This document shows positions 9,846 to 18,072 of a stretch of DNA of 42,490 bases, piece after piece. The position numbers and the translations under genes are program-made. Below the pieces are notes generated by a model. That model did not search any database. It was not told the origin of the DNA and worked only from the letters and a program-made list of their open reading frames with translations. This DNA is from a virus (lineage: Duplodnaviria > Caudoviricetes): the IMG/VR virus record IMGVR_UViG_3300030397_001003, positions 1-42,490 of that record. The stretch is one strand, 5' to 3'. Each line of letters starts with the position of its first letter. Within the stretch, counting starts at the first letter, position 1.

Positions 9846-10109
9846 TCAGGATTTGTTTGATTTCTTGGTGGTTTTTGGTTTTTTGGTTGCTGTAGCCTCA
9901 TCGGTTACAATAATTTTGTTTGATTTTCCCTCTACATTCTTAGGAATTGTAGTGACTCTTTTGCCTTCAGAATCAACATATACTATTTTTGCACCTGGTC
10001 CACCTGGACAATTACGACTGCCTTTAGCATGATCTATTGATTCGGCTGCTTTTTCATATGTACTGCCCTCACCTGACTGTTTACAGATAAGACATGTTGC
10101 TTTTGCCAT
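9846..10109 (-). CDS. Small basic Zn-binding protein
   Basis: CxxC...H...C and Lys-rich tail; ATG 10109 lies 24 nt below the promoter motif. Confidence 0.7.
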   Translation of the reverse strand: MAKATCLICKQSGEGSTYEKAAESIDHAKGSRNCPGGPGAKIVYVDSEGKRVTTIPKNVEGKSNKIIVTDEATATKKPKTTKKSNKS

Positions 10110-10132
10110 GATAATCAATTGACTATCAAATG

Positions 10133-10145
10133 TATATCAGTGTTA
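10133..10145 (-). promoter_or_regulatory. Conserved late promoter motif TAACACTGATATA
   Basis: Exact 13-mer. Confidence 0.8.
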
Positions 10146-10157
10146 AGAAATAGAAAT

Positions 10158-10250
10158 CATTAGACAGTCTTTTACTCTAGTCTCGAGACATGTTGAGAGT
10201 GTCCTCTTCCACGGTCTAGAGTGATATGGATTCCATATCAGACTGTAATG
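10158..10250 (-). ncRNA. Candidate structured non-coding RNA (multi-helix junction)
   Basis: Perfect stems ACAGUCU/AGACUGU (closing), GAUAUGG/CCAUAUC and ACUCUAG/CUAGAGU; TTTTTATA upstream, U-rich tract downstream. Confidence 0.6.
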
Positions 10251-10269
10251 TTTTTACAATTTACTAGTA

Positions 10270-10299
10270 TAAAAAGAAAAAGAATAGAGTTACTTCGGT
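10270..10299 (-). terminator. U-rich terminator after the capsid gene
   Basis: TTCTTTTTCTTTTT shortly after the MCP stop. Confidence 0.55.
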
Positions 10300-11468
10300 T
10301 AGAATGAAGTAATCTTGTAGGCTCCGTCTTCATGTGCTTCTTTCTTGTCGTATCTAACAACAAGATCAGTTTCATAAAGACCACCAGTTGTGAGGTCAAA
10401 GTTCTCTAATGTGAGATCTTCTCTTAATCCGACTACTTGTGCTACATCACGTTTAGTGACTACGACTGTGCCGGCACTGATTTGAGGAGTTTCCCAAACG
10501 TTCTTCAAGCCAAGGCTTGCAGCTAATCCAGAGTTGTTGACTACATCTGTTTGGTCAGTTGGACCTAAGATGAATCTTGACAAGAATGGATATGAACCAC
10601 TTGCACCAGTTGATGTTGCTACTGCTTGGTAGGCATCTGCTGGGTTGATGAACATGGTATCTGCTCTGTTTCTTTGAGAGCCTGGGAACTTTGATCTGAT
10701 AACATTTGACAATGCTTCAAATTCTGAGTGAACAGAAGTTGCAAGATCTAAGTTTGCTCTTGTATCAGTGTTTGTTGTAGTGTCAGCGATAAGAGTGTCG
10801 ATTATATCTTTACCAATGAGATAGTAAAGCATGTTACCGGCATTCTTCAAAGGCTGTTCTACAGCTAAGAAGTTATTGTCTTTGACATCGTTTCTTTCGA
10901 CTTGAATTGTTCCTCTATAGGAGTTGTTTGTACCTGAACAGTCTAGTTCAATTGGCTCAACTTTGCCACCAATGCTTGGGGCTTTTCCAGAACCACCCTC
11001 TTTGAAGATGGCAATAGAATCAGTTGAACTTCCACCAACTGTATCAGTGTATTTGGTTCGTGGGACGTTTACCTTTGGTGTATCCATTTGGATGAGTCTT
11101 GAATATTGTTTCCAATCACTCCAAGGCTCAGCACCTTCGATAATCTCATCTGCAATCTTGAGGACTGAGAGAGAGTTTGGCACGTTTACGGTTTCTTGCA
11201 AGTTGTCCTTGCGCATGTTACCTATTCTGACACCGTATCTAGAATGCCAAATTTTTGGAAGGTTTGGATTCATCTTCATGTTTTCAAAGGAATGTTCTGC
11301 CTTGTCAAAGAATACTGATAATGGGGTTTCCCTGATGGGTCTCCAAATATCGAATGCTTCTCCATTCTGTGAACGAAGATCTGCATTGACTTCCAATGCT
11401 TCTCTAACATGGGACAATTCCTCTAATTGCATGATGGAATTACGAGTCCACTTTTCTTTAGCTGGCAT
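10299..11468 (-). CDS. Major capsid protein (HK97 fold)
   Basis: 389 aa after protease/scaffold/cement genes; HK97-like C-terminal pattern (MFINPADA...VVGLREDLTLE...VVRYD). Confidence 0.85.
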   Translation of the reverse strand: MPAKEKWTRNSIMQLEELSHVREALEVNADLRSQNGEAFDIWRPIRETPLSVFFDKAEHSFENMKMNPNLPKIWHSRYGVRIGNMRKDNLQETVNVPNSLSVLKIADEIIEGAEPWSDWKQYSRLIQMDTPKVNVPRTKYTDTVGGSSTDSIAIFKEGGSGKAPSIGGKVEPIELDCSGTNNSYRGTIQVERNDVKDNNFLAVEQPLKNAGNMLYYLIGKDIIDTLIADTTTNTDTRANLDLATSVHSEFEALSNVIRSKFPGSQRNRADTMFINPADAYQAVATSTGASGSYPFLSRFILGPTDQTDVVNNSGLAASLGLKNVWETPQISAGTVVVTKRDVAQVVGLREDLTLENFDLTTGGLYETDLVVRYDKKEAHEDGAYKITSF

Positions 11469-11942
11469 CTACACAACACCCTCCGAGTTTACGAAACAGA
11501 GAATGAAATCTCCGTCAGCGGAAGAGGCTTGTAGTGCTCTACCAAATACTTCATCTGATGCTGATGCTACTTCAGCAACACCATCAGCAGCATGTAAGGT
11601 CAATTTATCACCAACGGAAATGGCTGAACCACTACCATCGACTTTGACTTTACAAATGCCTAAAGTACAAACAGATACTGCTTCTCCTGCTGCATCGGCT
11701 GCTGATTGATCGGAACCAGAGAAAGCACCATCTTTCACACCGTCAACAACAACACCAAAAGCGTGTGCTCCCTGTGTGTTATTTGGTTCTACTCGTGGCA
11801 ATCGCTCACCAGTACCGGCAGCTACTAGAATCACTGGTGCTCCAATGTCGACTGCTTCATCTGCTATCATCTCATAGACAATAGAACCAGAAACATCGCC
11901 AAAGGCAGGACCAGAATCCAAGCCAGCATATTGATCTGTCAT
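11469..11942 (-). CDS. Capsid cement/decoration protein (DUF2190-like)
   Basis: Ala/Gly-rich; AAGEAVSVCTLG...ISVGDKL...FGRALQAS pattern; directly upstream of MCP. Confidence 0.75.
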   Translation of the reverse strand: MTDQYAGLDSGPAFGDVSGSIVYEMIADEAVDIGAPVILVAAGTGERLPRVEPNNTQGAHAFGVVVDGVKDGAFSGSDQSAADAAGEAVSVCTLGICKVKVDGSGSAISVGDKLTLHAADGVAEVASASDEVFGRALQASSADGDFILCFVNSEGVV

Positions 11943-12006
11943 GCCCAAACTCTTGGCTCAAATTATATAAGCGACTAAGTGTTTCACATAATGGAGAATG
12001 TGAATA

Positions 12007-12297
12007 ATGACAAAATTAGCCCCTGTTAATTTTCAGTTATTAGATATCAAAGACAATGGCCAAGTTCTCATTATTGATGCATTGCCATTTGTTGATCCCA
12101 AAACTGAACTCCAAAGAGAAGAGAATTCCAAGAAAGCCAAAAAAATTGAAAATGAAATTCTAGCACAACAAAGAATAGTACATTATTTACAAGAGTGGAT
12201 CCAAATAGCCAAAGACAGAGAAAACATTCCTACTGATGATTCTCTATTCTTTCGTAAAGTTGGTGAAATATTAGCTGCCTCAACAACACCCAAGTAA
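12007..12297 (+). CDS. Hypothetical protein (antisense-oriented insert in the head module)
   Basis: 96-aa ORF with GGAGA upstream. Confidence 0.65.
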   Translation: MTKLAPVNFQLLDIKDNGQVLIIDALPFVDPKTELQREENSKKAKKIENEILAQQRIVHYLQEWIQIAKDRENIPTDDSLFFRKVGEILAASTTPK

Positions 12298-12595
12298 CAA
12301 TTATCAACGTTACAAACAACAAGCCATACTTCGTCAGAAGAAACACTATCGTCATCTTCATGAACTGGCTCTGGCTTATTATGCCGGTGGTGATAATCCT
12401 CCTGAGTGTCTTTGTTGCCATGTTCAGGCCAATGAATTTCTTCATATTGCTGATGCCAGTGGCAAGTCCCGTCAGGATGTCATTAAAGACCCTGAAAACT
12501 ACCCTGAAGGCCTCAATATCTTATGTTGGAATTGCTCACACTGCATGACCATGTATGATGAATGTATCCATCAGAGGCCTGTTTCTGAGTATTAA
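12275..12595 (+). CDS. Degenerate HNH-like Zn-binding protein, probable CTG start (not in the ORF track)
   Basis: Open frame PQQHPS...YYAGGDNPPECLCC...EFLHI...YPEGLNILCWNC...CIH; GGTGA 8 nt upstream of CTG. Confidence 0.7.
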   Translation: MPQQHPSNNYQRYKQQAILRQKKHYRHLHELALAYYAGGDNPPECLCCHVQANEFLHIADASGKSRQDVIKDPENYPEGLNILCWNCSHCMTMYDECIHQRPVSEY

Positions 12596-12630
12596 ATTTT
12601 AAAAAAGAAAGAATTTCGGTCAATCAGTTA

Positions 12631-13440
12631 TCATTGAGAGCCAGATAATATTTTATCTTGTTCTAGGATTTCCATACGTGTTTCCTCGAGTTTTGCTCTT
12701 GGAAATGTGGTTCTTGGTAGACCATCATTCCAATTTGGTGCAGTCTCTTGGATTGGGTGTGATTTTACTATGGCGTTATCTTTTACAGAACCAATATCTA
12801 AGGTCATGGAAGCTCTGTTTGTTTCAGTTTCCCTGAGACGTACATCAAGAGCCTTGACAGCCTCGGTGATTTTAGATAGTTGTGTTCTGTATGGCTTCAA
12901 TGCTTCTTGAACCGTATACTGCATTTGCTTCATCATTTGAGGAGTGTTCATCTGTGGAAGTGGAGGCATCTGTTGGCCCATTTCTTGGGCTATCTGTGGT
13001 GCCAAACCAGGAACTATTTGGGCAGGAGGCATACCAGGAATACCTTCTTTCATTTGGTTTTCACCAGTTGCACTTTCCATGTCAGTTACTTCGCCGTCAG
13101 TACCCTCTTTTGGATATGGCTGCTCAGTGTCAGAAGATTGTTCTGAACCATCAGTTCCAGTACCTGAAACGATATCGCCTGATTCTGTGAGTTTTTTGAC
13201 ATCATCTTCGCCTTTCCCTGGGTCGGCAGAGAATGGTTTTGTGATGTTCTTTTGCTCTACTTCTTTGATAGCAGTTTCGATGAACTCTCTTTTGATGTTT
13301 TCTTGCCCTTTCAATGCAAAAGCGATCTCTACTAGTTTGTGTGTTGATGGACCTGCTCTTACAGTCTCAAGGACTTTCTTAGCATCTGCAATACAATTAC
13401 ATGCCCGGAGGCGTGTACCTATATTGGTCGTTGAAGACAT
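12631..13440 (-). CDS. Capsid scaffolding protein
   Basis: Acidic and Pro/Gln/Met low-complexity region plus coiled coil; lies between protease and capsid genes. Confidence 0.7.
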   Translation of the reverse strand: MSSTTNIGTRLRACNCIADAKKVLETVRAGPSTHKLVEIAFALKGQENIKREFIETAIKEVEQKNITKPFSADPGKGEDDVKKLTESGDIVSGTGTDGSEQSSDTEQPYPKEGTDGEVTDMESATGENQMKEGIPGMPPAQIVPGLAPQIAQEMGQQMPPLPQMNTPQMMKQMQYTVQEALKPYRTQLSKITEAVKALDVRLRETETNRASMTLDIGSVKDNAIVKSHPIQETAPNWNDGLPRTTFPRAKLEETRMEILEQDKILSGSQ

Positions 13441-13464
13441 ATGGTATTTTTGTGATTTTATTTT

Positions 13465-13477
13465 TATATCAGTGTTA
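13465..13477 (-). promoter_or_regulatory. Conserved late promoter motif TAACACTGATATA
   Basis: Exact 13-mer, 25 nt upstream of the scaffold ATG. Confidence 0.8.
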
Positions 13478-13708
13478 TTCTTTCTGTGTCTTTATCCACA
13501 TATGCTCTCTACAGCCTTTGCCTTCTGGTAAAATGAAATGATCTACCTTGGCTACACCCTCGTCTTTTAGGATGTGAAGCATTTTGTGTACAGTGGCTTG
13601 TTTTATTCCGGTTTTGTTTGCTATTTGTTGTTGAGTACATGGGACACTAATTGCATCAAGTAGTTTTTTGTATCTACAAAATGTTTGATATCCAGAAGAA
13701 CCGACCAT
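13475..13708 (-). CDS. Winged helix-turn-helix DNA-binding protein
   Basis: TQQQIANKTGIKQATVHKMLHILKDEG HTH signature. Confidence 0.75.
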   Translation of the reverse strand: MVGSSGYQTFCRYKKLLDAISVPCTQQQIANKTGIKQATVHKMLHILKDEGVAKVDHFILPEGKGCREHMWIKTQKE

Positions 13709-13739
13709 ATATTTTTGAGAATTGAGATATTAATAAAAA

Positions 13740-15104
13740 TTAGTTTAGTGGTTCGATTACAGTAGTTCCTACACCAGGTTTGGCTTTTGGAATATGTTTG
13801 TTGTTCCATCTGAACCCATTAGGATTTGTAACCACCCATGTTAAGGCAATGTCATCAAGTTCACCTAATACAACACCACGGGGGACATTGAAGCATTCTG
13901 TATCCCCACATTCTACGTTGGTGCTTCTTGGGGCTCCACCATTAATAGATACTGCTGTGATGTCATGGTTTTTGATTCCGTCTATTACCTCAACATCTGA
14001 CTCATGAACCAGCATTTGGATCTCTTTTCTGTTTTTGTCATATTCGGCATCAGCTATTAGAGCCTGGGTTTTGAAGTTCTCACCCAGATGATTGATGTCC
14101 ATTCCGTGGTTTATGGCGGTTCTTGCCATAGCGTGTAATTCATCACCATCAAGTTTTCTTCTATACTGTTCTCCCTCTGACCTATGATCCGTAACAGTCT
14201 CGGCACTGGCTCTGATAAGATACCATTTGCCGTCACTCTTTACTTTTTTTACTCTGTCAATATATTCATCTGAAAGCCATTTGAATTGGTGTCTTATCTG
14301 CCCAATGGATTCTTTGATGGTCTCATTTATCATGAGTGGGGTTCTGACAGAATTGACTCCACCAGAACAATCATGTTGTCCTTTGATGATACTATTGAAT
14401 GTCTTGCCTACTGATGAACTACCTTTCAATGATTGAAATTTTCTCTCTGGGACATCACAGAAATCATATTCGTTTCCGTTTAGTATCATTGTCATTGCCT
14501 GGGCATCTCTGTCATATCGAACGTTTCCAACAAAACTGGATGAATTGGTAAATGCGTCAAATCTTGGTGATGTGTTGATTGTCTCTTTCCAATCATCCAT
14601 TGTTTCTTTAAAGAAAAATTCTTCCTCATTCTTTGTTGTCAAGTCTAATGTTAACTCTCTCTCTGAATCGTTACCATTGTCTTCCTTTACAACATGAACA
14701 GACATTGCAGGCTCCTCACCTTCTGGATGTAGATACTCATCTCTAGTGTTTTCTATTTTATCTGAGAATTCAGTTTCTCCGAAACCTTTGGGTGGGTCCT
14801 TGTTTTCGGTCCATCCTTCCTCATTGTGCATTGATGGTTGTGATTCTATATTGGAGCCAGTTGCAACATAGTTTTGGTTATGTTGGTTGTTTTGTGGAAT
14901 TGGAGAATAGTTTAGTGACAATGGTGGATATGGTTCTGATAGATATGGCTCATGAGGTTCTTGTGTTTGTGGTGGGAATCCTGTGTCTGGAATATTGAGT
15001 GTTATTGGTGGCACTTCAGGATAATTGTAAACACTTCCAACTGGAGGATCAGTTAGTACTTTTGCATTTAGTACTTGCTCTTTGAGTTTTTTGTCTTCTG
15101 ACAA
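13740..15104 (-). CDS. Prohead maturation protease with internal KTSC domain
   Basis: C-terminal protease-like domain (DINH, AVSING) directly after portal; residues ~188-242 match the KTSC pattern SSFVGNVRYD...Y.F.DVP...SVGKTFN.IIKG. Confidence 0.75.
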   Translation of the reverse strand: MSEDKKLKEQVLNAKVLTDPPVGSVYNYPEVPPITLNIPDTGFPPQTQEPHEPYLSEPYPPLSLNYSPIPQNNQHNQNYVATGSNIESQPSMHNEEGWTENKDPPKGFGETEFSDKIENTRDEYLHPEGEEPAMSVHVVKEDNGNDSERELTLDLTTKNEEEFFFKETMDDWKETINTSPRFDAFTNSSSFVGNVRYDRDAQAMTMILNGNEYDFCDVPERKFQSLKGSSSVGKTFNSIIKGQHDCSGGVNSVRTPLMINETIKESIGQIRHQFKWLSDEYIDRVKKVKSDGKWYLIRASAETVTDHRSEGEQYRRKLDGDELHAMARTAINHGMDINHLGENFKTQALIADAEYDKNRKEIQMLVHESDVEVIDGIKNHDITAVSINGGAPRSTNVECGDTECFNVPRGVVLGELDDIALTWVVTNPNGFRWNNKHIPKAKPGVGTTVIEPLN

Positions 15105-15108
15105 GATG

Positions 15109-16674
15109 TTAAGACTCCTTTTTTGTAAAGTTTAGTCTTGGGTCTGTTGGTCTTGGGTTTCTTGCCATGTCATCATAAATTGAATTTGACATTGGTGGTT
15201 CTCCCATTATTTGATTGTCCCATATATGATATTGTGTGGATAGGTCTCCTGTTGATAGTTGGGGATTCATTGCCATAGCATTTTGTTGTTGTGTTAATTG
15301 GTCAGTATACTCTTTTCTTAACTGCAATCCATTCTGCTCTAGTATGTCTCTTATTTCAATTGGGTCAGTTATTGAACCTGAAGAAATTCCTATCTCTAAT
15401 AATTTGATGGCATGATCTAATTCAATATCTTGTTTTTGTACATGTCCAAAGTTTAATTCATAGTCACAATCTTCCCAAGGAACACCAACCATTCCACCAC
15501 CATAACTCATGTCATACAATGGGTTTGCGACATACCAAGGTTTGAAGAGTTTGTCTATCAACTGTCTTGTTACAGCAAATGGGAATGCTGCCAAACCAAT
15601 TTCGTCTAACATGGCGCTGACTTCTGCATTTGCGTATTGGTGTGAATCTTCTGAACCTTGTTTTCCTCTGAAATCTCCAAGAGCTTTGAATATTGCACCT
15701 TGTGTCAAGTCAGTGAATTTTGCAGGATCAAAGTCTCTTTGTTGTGTACCCATTTCAACTGGTTTGAGTTCAGAGCCAACAACAAAGTCTTCACCGACTT
15801 CAAGATTCTTCAAGTCAGATTGTAATTGTGATCTTTCTGTATCGTCTGCTGTTGGGGCTTGGTAAATAATTCGTGAAATGTAACGACGTTCTGCTATATG
15901 CATTGTTAATGCAGTAGAATATTTTCGGTCTAATGTGGATGGTAATTGTTTAGATACTGGCCCTGATGGTGTTATCTCTTCAAAGTTTCTTGGAGCCAAA
16001 ACACTTGTCATGAAGCCCAACCCAAATGCTGATGCATTGACTGGATTCCATTTGAAATGAATAATATCTTCTGAATTATGATAACCTTGGTATTCTGATC
16101 CTCTAAACTCATACTTGTATGGTGTTCTTTGTCTATCCCACCAAATTCTAACAAATGATGAGATTGGAATATGTAATAGATCTTCTGGACCTCTGATGTA
16201 TTGGATTCCAAGTCTTGGTTTCCATACACTGTTTCCATATGCCAGTAATTCTTTTACTAAAATTGTATCAAACCAGTCAAAATCTATCGCTTTGCTAAAT
16301 TCCTCTATGTAATCTGTCATGATGTCTGTCGCACCTTTCCAATAATGCTCTCCACCAGTAATGACAGATGCCAAGTGATTTAATGCAAGTTGCACGTCCT
16401 CATCTTTCCTTACTCCTTCTACTTGAGAAGAGAACGGAATTACTGGAATGTCAAATGTTTTTGTAGTATATCCTTCCCTAGAATAGGCTCCAACCGTGCT
16501 TATTTCTGGTCCCCATACAGGTTGAGAGAATCCTGGTACTACCTCAGTAAAAGCCATTTTTGCAGCATTTACGTCAAAATGTGTTGTTCCTGGTCTTGGA
16601 TTAGATGAATAAGTTCGTGTGTCTAAAAGACCAACTTTGCGTAATCCATTAGATAACCTGGTTCTGAACCCCAT
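15109..16674 (-). CDS. Portal protein
   Basis: 521 aa; LLAYGNSVW and EDIIHFK...FGLG motifs of HK97-type portals. Confidence 0.88.
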   Translation of the reverse strand: MGFRTRLSNGLRKVGLLDTRTYSSNPRPGTTHFDVNAAKMAFTEVVPGFSQPVWGPEISTVGAYSREGYTTKTFDIPVIPFSSQVEGVRKDEDVQLALNHLASVITGGEHYWKGATDIMTDYIEEFSKAIDFDWFDTILVKELLAYGNSVWKPRLGIQYIRGPEDLLHIPISSFVRIWWDRQRTPYKYEFRGSEYQGYHNSEDIIHFKWNPVNASAFGLGFMTSVLAPRNFEEITPSGPVSKQLPSTLDRKYSTALTMHIAERRYISRIIYQAPTADDTERSQLQSDLKNLEVGEDFVVGSELKPVEMGTQQRDFDPAKFTDLTQGAIFKALGDFRGKQGSEDSHQYANAEVSAMLDEIGLAAFPFAVTRQLIDKLFKPWYVANPLYDMSYGGGMVGVPWEDCDYELNFGHVQKQDIELDHAIKLLEIGISSGSITDPIEIRDILEQNGLQLRKEYTDQLTQQQNAMAMNPQLSTGDLSTQYHIWDNQIMGEPPMSNSIYDDMARNPRPTDPRLNFTKKES

Positions 16675-16697
16675 ATAATTAAAAACTAATTGAAATT

Positions 16698-16710
16698 TAT
16701 ATCAGTGTTA
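16698..16710 (-). promoter_or_regulatory. Conserved late promoter motif TAACACTGATATA
   Basis: Exact 13-mer, 24 nt upstream of the portal ATG. Confidence 0.8.
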
Positions 16711-16768
16711 TTCTTTTGAGAAAAAATAAAGATTTGAGACAATAAACGAAAAAAATTATTTCGGTCTC

Positions 16769-17074
16769 TTATTCTCGGGCCTTTGTTATTGCTTTTGCAC
16801 CATTCTTGATCAGTGTGTCAAAACCTGCTACTACGGCAATAGCGCCTGCTATTGTGGTGTACATGACCAGTGGGTCTACGGTGTCAGGTATTCCCCCAAC
16901 AATTCCACCGACTACTATGGATGAACCAAAGAATGCTATAATCCCTGATGCTGCAGATTTTCTAATGTTGAATGCTTCGGCATCCTTTAGCCATGCAACT
17001 ACATTTTGTAACACCAAACCAATAGACGTAAACAACAGTGTTGCTGCTATTGGTTCTAGTCCAAATACTTGCAT
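16769..17074 (-). CDS. Small membrane protein, holin-like
   Basis: 101 aa with about three hydrophobic helices and a basic C-terminus. Confidence 0.55.
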   Translation of the reverse strand: MQVFGLEPIAATLLFTSIGLVLQNVVAWLKDAEAFNIRKSAASGIIAFFGSSIVVGGIVGGIPDTVDPLVMYTTIAGAIAVVAGFDTLIKNGAKAITKARE

Positions 17075-17155
17075 ACATAACCCAATTGTAGTTAATTAAT
17101 AAAGATATTTTTTATTGCCGATCTATTTACGCCCAAAAAGAAAAAGATGTGGTTA

Positions 17156-17878
17156 TCAACAGTTGATTCCGTTAGGGAATGCTGTTGGATTATCTATGAT
17201 GTATTGTTTTACTGTGTCAATCATTTCTGGGCTTAGATTGTTCTCAAATGAATTAAGAACGATTCTTGTGTTTGCCTCATGGATTGCTACAAAATCATCA
17301 TAGTTTGGGTCTGCCTCATCAATATTGCCATGCATATTTTTGAATACCTTTTCAGGATCAGAACAATAATTGGCCATCTCATGAATTAGATATTCACTTC
17401 CACAGTAACCAGTTTCAGAACTAAAACACCATTTTGATGTGTCAGTTGCATATGATAGAATGTGGGTTGCCATTTGATTTGAGGCTGCATACAATACCCT
17501 TCCATGAGAGACATTTTCAGAACAAGCATAATTTACGACAAATTCGTATTCCTGAGTTTCCGGATTTACTAATTGTTCACATAACCCAACTCGGTCATCT
17601 ACAATGCCTTGTTCATTGATTTGAGGAAAACCCCCACCAGCAATGTTTTGTTGGTAAAATCCTCCTAGTATCACTCTTTCAAATGATGCTGGGTGATTTA
17701 TCACAAATGGGAACGGGTGTTGTATTTGAGTAGGTATGGAATATAGTAATTCCTGAGTTTCAGAAGGCATCAATTCTATTGAATTTGTGATGCCCGATGC
17801 GTGTACTGTTGTGACAGCAGAACCAATTGCAATAACTGCAAGTATTGCAACTATAGTACTGTTGTGTAGTTTTTTCAT
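17156..17878 (-). CDS. Secreted hypothetical protein
   Basis: MKKLHNSTIVAILAVIAIGS...VHA signal peptide; several Cys; TATA-like element ~23 nt upstream of ATG 17878. Confidence 0.7.
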   Translation of the reverse strand: MKKLHNSTIVAILAVIAIGSAVTTVHASGITNSIELMPSETQELLYSIPTQIQHPFPFVINHPASFERVILGGFYQQNIAGGGFPQINEQGIVDDRVGLCEQLVNPETQEYEFVVNYACSENVSHGRVLYAASNQMATHILSYATDTSKWCFSSETGYCGSEYLIHEMANYCSDPEKVFKNMHGNIDEADPNYDDFVAIHEANTRIVLNSFENNLSPEMIDTVKQYIIDNPTAFPNGINC

Positions 17879-17916
17879 TGAATTATTGAAAATTTTCATA
17901 TATTTAAGAGATTGGA

Positions 17917-18072
17917 TCAATTATCATGTGATTTCTCTTCACATTCCTTACAGGCCTTGTAATTACTTCTTCGTCCTACAGGTTTTTCTTTTTGGCATTT
18001 GTAACAGATTTTTTTGAGGTCAATTTCTCCTCTTTGTGCTCGAAGAAAAATATCTCCGTAGTTGTCAACCAT
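17917..18072 (-). CDS. 51-aa zinc-finger protein (not in the ORF track)
   Basis: MVDNYGD...ICYKC...ACKEC; start overlaps the stop of the upstream gene. Confidence 0.6.
   Translation of the reverse strand: MVDNYGDIFLRAQRGEIDLKKICYKCQKEKPVGRRSNYKACKECEEKSHDN

Noticed and set aside
10158-10250. Hammerhead ribozyme or tRNA identity for the structured element
   Set aside because: CUGAUAU is not the CUGANGA core and there is no correctly placed GAAA; no T-loop or anticodon-arm geometry
10924-11709. Long plus-strand ORFs (e.g. 10924-11709, 12944-13531)
   Set aside because: Antisense shadows of well-supported minus-strand structural genes
12360-12548. Hydrophobic 62-aa plus-strand ORF
   Set aside because: The overlapping frame 12275-12595 has a recognisable Cys motif pattern and explains the region better
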